IMG/VR virus record: IMGVR_UViG_3300033121_002012
Location: 2,069 to 66,068 of that record
Strand: one strand, 5' to 3'
DNA length: 64,000 bases
Source: a virus
Shown here: in pieces, positions 63,495 to 64,000 of the stretch
How positions within the stretch are numbered: position 1 is the first letter of the stretch
Layout of the letters: every line of letters starts with the position of its first letter
Notes under the pieces: generated by a model
The model's input: only the letters and a program-made list of their open reading frames with translations
Databases searched by the model: none
What the model was told of the DNA's origin: nothing
Translations under genes and position numbers: made by a program

Positions 63495-64000
63495 GTGCGC
63501 CGACGCAACCGAAAACGAGCCAAAAAGGCCCCTGCTGCCCGCTCCAAAGCGGAGAAGTGCGTCACCAAGTACTGCCGTAACCGCAAGGCCCTCAAGCGCA
63601 CCAGCTACAAGGCGGCCACCGGCCAGATAATTGTATACGAACACTTCTTGGAACACTGTTGGAAATGTCACTCCCGGCGATTAAAGGAAACGCGCCCGTG
63701 GACTTACGTGCTAAACATGCTCCGACACAGCGCCCGCAAGCGCAACCTGCCCTTCACCCTGACGGTGGCCTCCTTCAAGGAGTGGTGCCAGCAGACCGGG
63801 TATCTGGAAAAACGGGGCAACAAGCCGGGTGACCTGACCGTGGATCGGATCAACGAGAACGAAGGTTACCACATCTGGAACTTGCAGGTCTTGACCCACG
63901 CCGAAAACAGCGCTCAAGGAGCCGACAACACACCCCGCGCCGAGCGCGGAACCGAAACTGCGGACACCTACGAGCCACCGGAAACTGAAGCTGCTGCTGC
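63495..64000 (+). CDS. HNH-like endonuclease-domain protein, truncated at window end (not in the ORF track)
   Basis: Manual translation: ...SARKRNLPFTLT...TVDRINENEGYHIWNLQVLTHAEN; GTTCT 7 nt upstream of GTG. Confidence 0.7.
   Translation, partial: MRRRNRKRAKKAPAARSKAEKCVTKYCRNRKALKRTSYKAATGQIIVYEHFLEHCWKCHSRRLKETRPWTYVLNMLRHSARKRNLPFTLTVASFKEWCQQTGYLEKRGNKPGDLTVDRINENEGYHIWNLQVLTHAENSAQGADNTPRAERGTETADTYEPPETEAAA

Larger units (their letters stand above)
418..63639. repeat. Dispersed octamer YGTA(A/T/G)ACR
   Basis: 37 exact TGTATACA/TGTAAACA/TGTTTACA copies counted by eye, plus roughly 30 one-off variants. Confidence 0.85.

Noticed and set aside
418-63639. Octamer resembles the eukaryotic forkhead site (GTAAACA) and AccI/Hpy8I-type restriction sites
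   Set aside because: Context is bacteriophage, and restriction sites would be depleted, not enriched; flanking T/A preference goes beyond those hexamers.
1-64000. tRNA, rRNA, integrase, terminase, portal, DNA polymerase
   Set aside because: None recognised in this window; intergenic gaps are short and show no cloverleaf by eye.

Overview
The whole window looks like part of a large, GC-rich (roughly 58-60% by eye) myovirus with T4-like structural folds. Head genes: gp23-like major capsid protein, fused gp21/gp22-like prohead protease-scaffold, gp13/gp14/gp15-like neck proteins. Tail genes: sheath, two tube-family proteins, tape measure, gp5 spike, gpD-like hub and gp26-like chaperone. These are interleaved on both strands with replication/recombination genes (primase, 5'-3' exonuclease, SbcC/gp46, UvsY, gp32-like SSB, RecA/UvsX), two tandem sigma-factor-like genes, HU, an MT-A70 methyltransferase, two glycosyltransferase clusters and several homing endonucleases. 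The most notable signals are not in the ORF track. (1) An octamer TGTA(A/T/G)AC(A/G) is dispersed about once per kb, mostly inside coding DNA, and also overlaps early promoters. (2) Three classes of upstream element sort with gene function: sigma70-like TTGAC-N16/17-TACAGT, GTTCT and GTAGTTA. They lie only about 4-11 nt before start codons, implying a largely leaderless, phage-sigma-driven cascade. (3) There is a probable +1/-2 programmed frameshift joining the gp26-like gene to a start-less gp51-like frame. (4) A set of unrelated late proteins share an N-terminal ...LL(E/GE) motif resembling a capsid-targeting/protease-cleavage signal. All family assignments are from motif recognition by eye; no database search was run.
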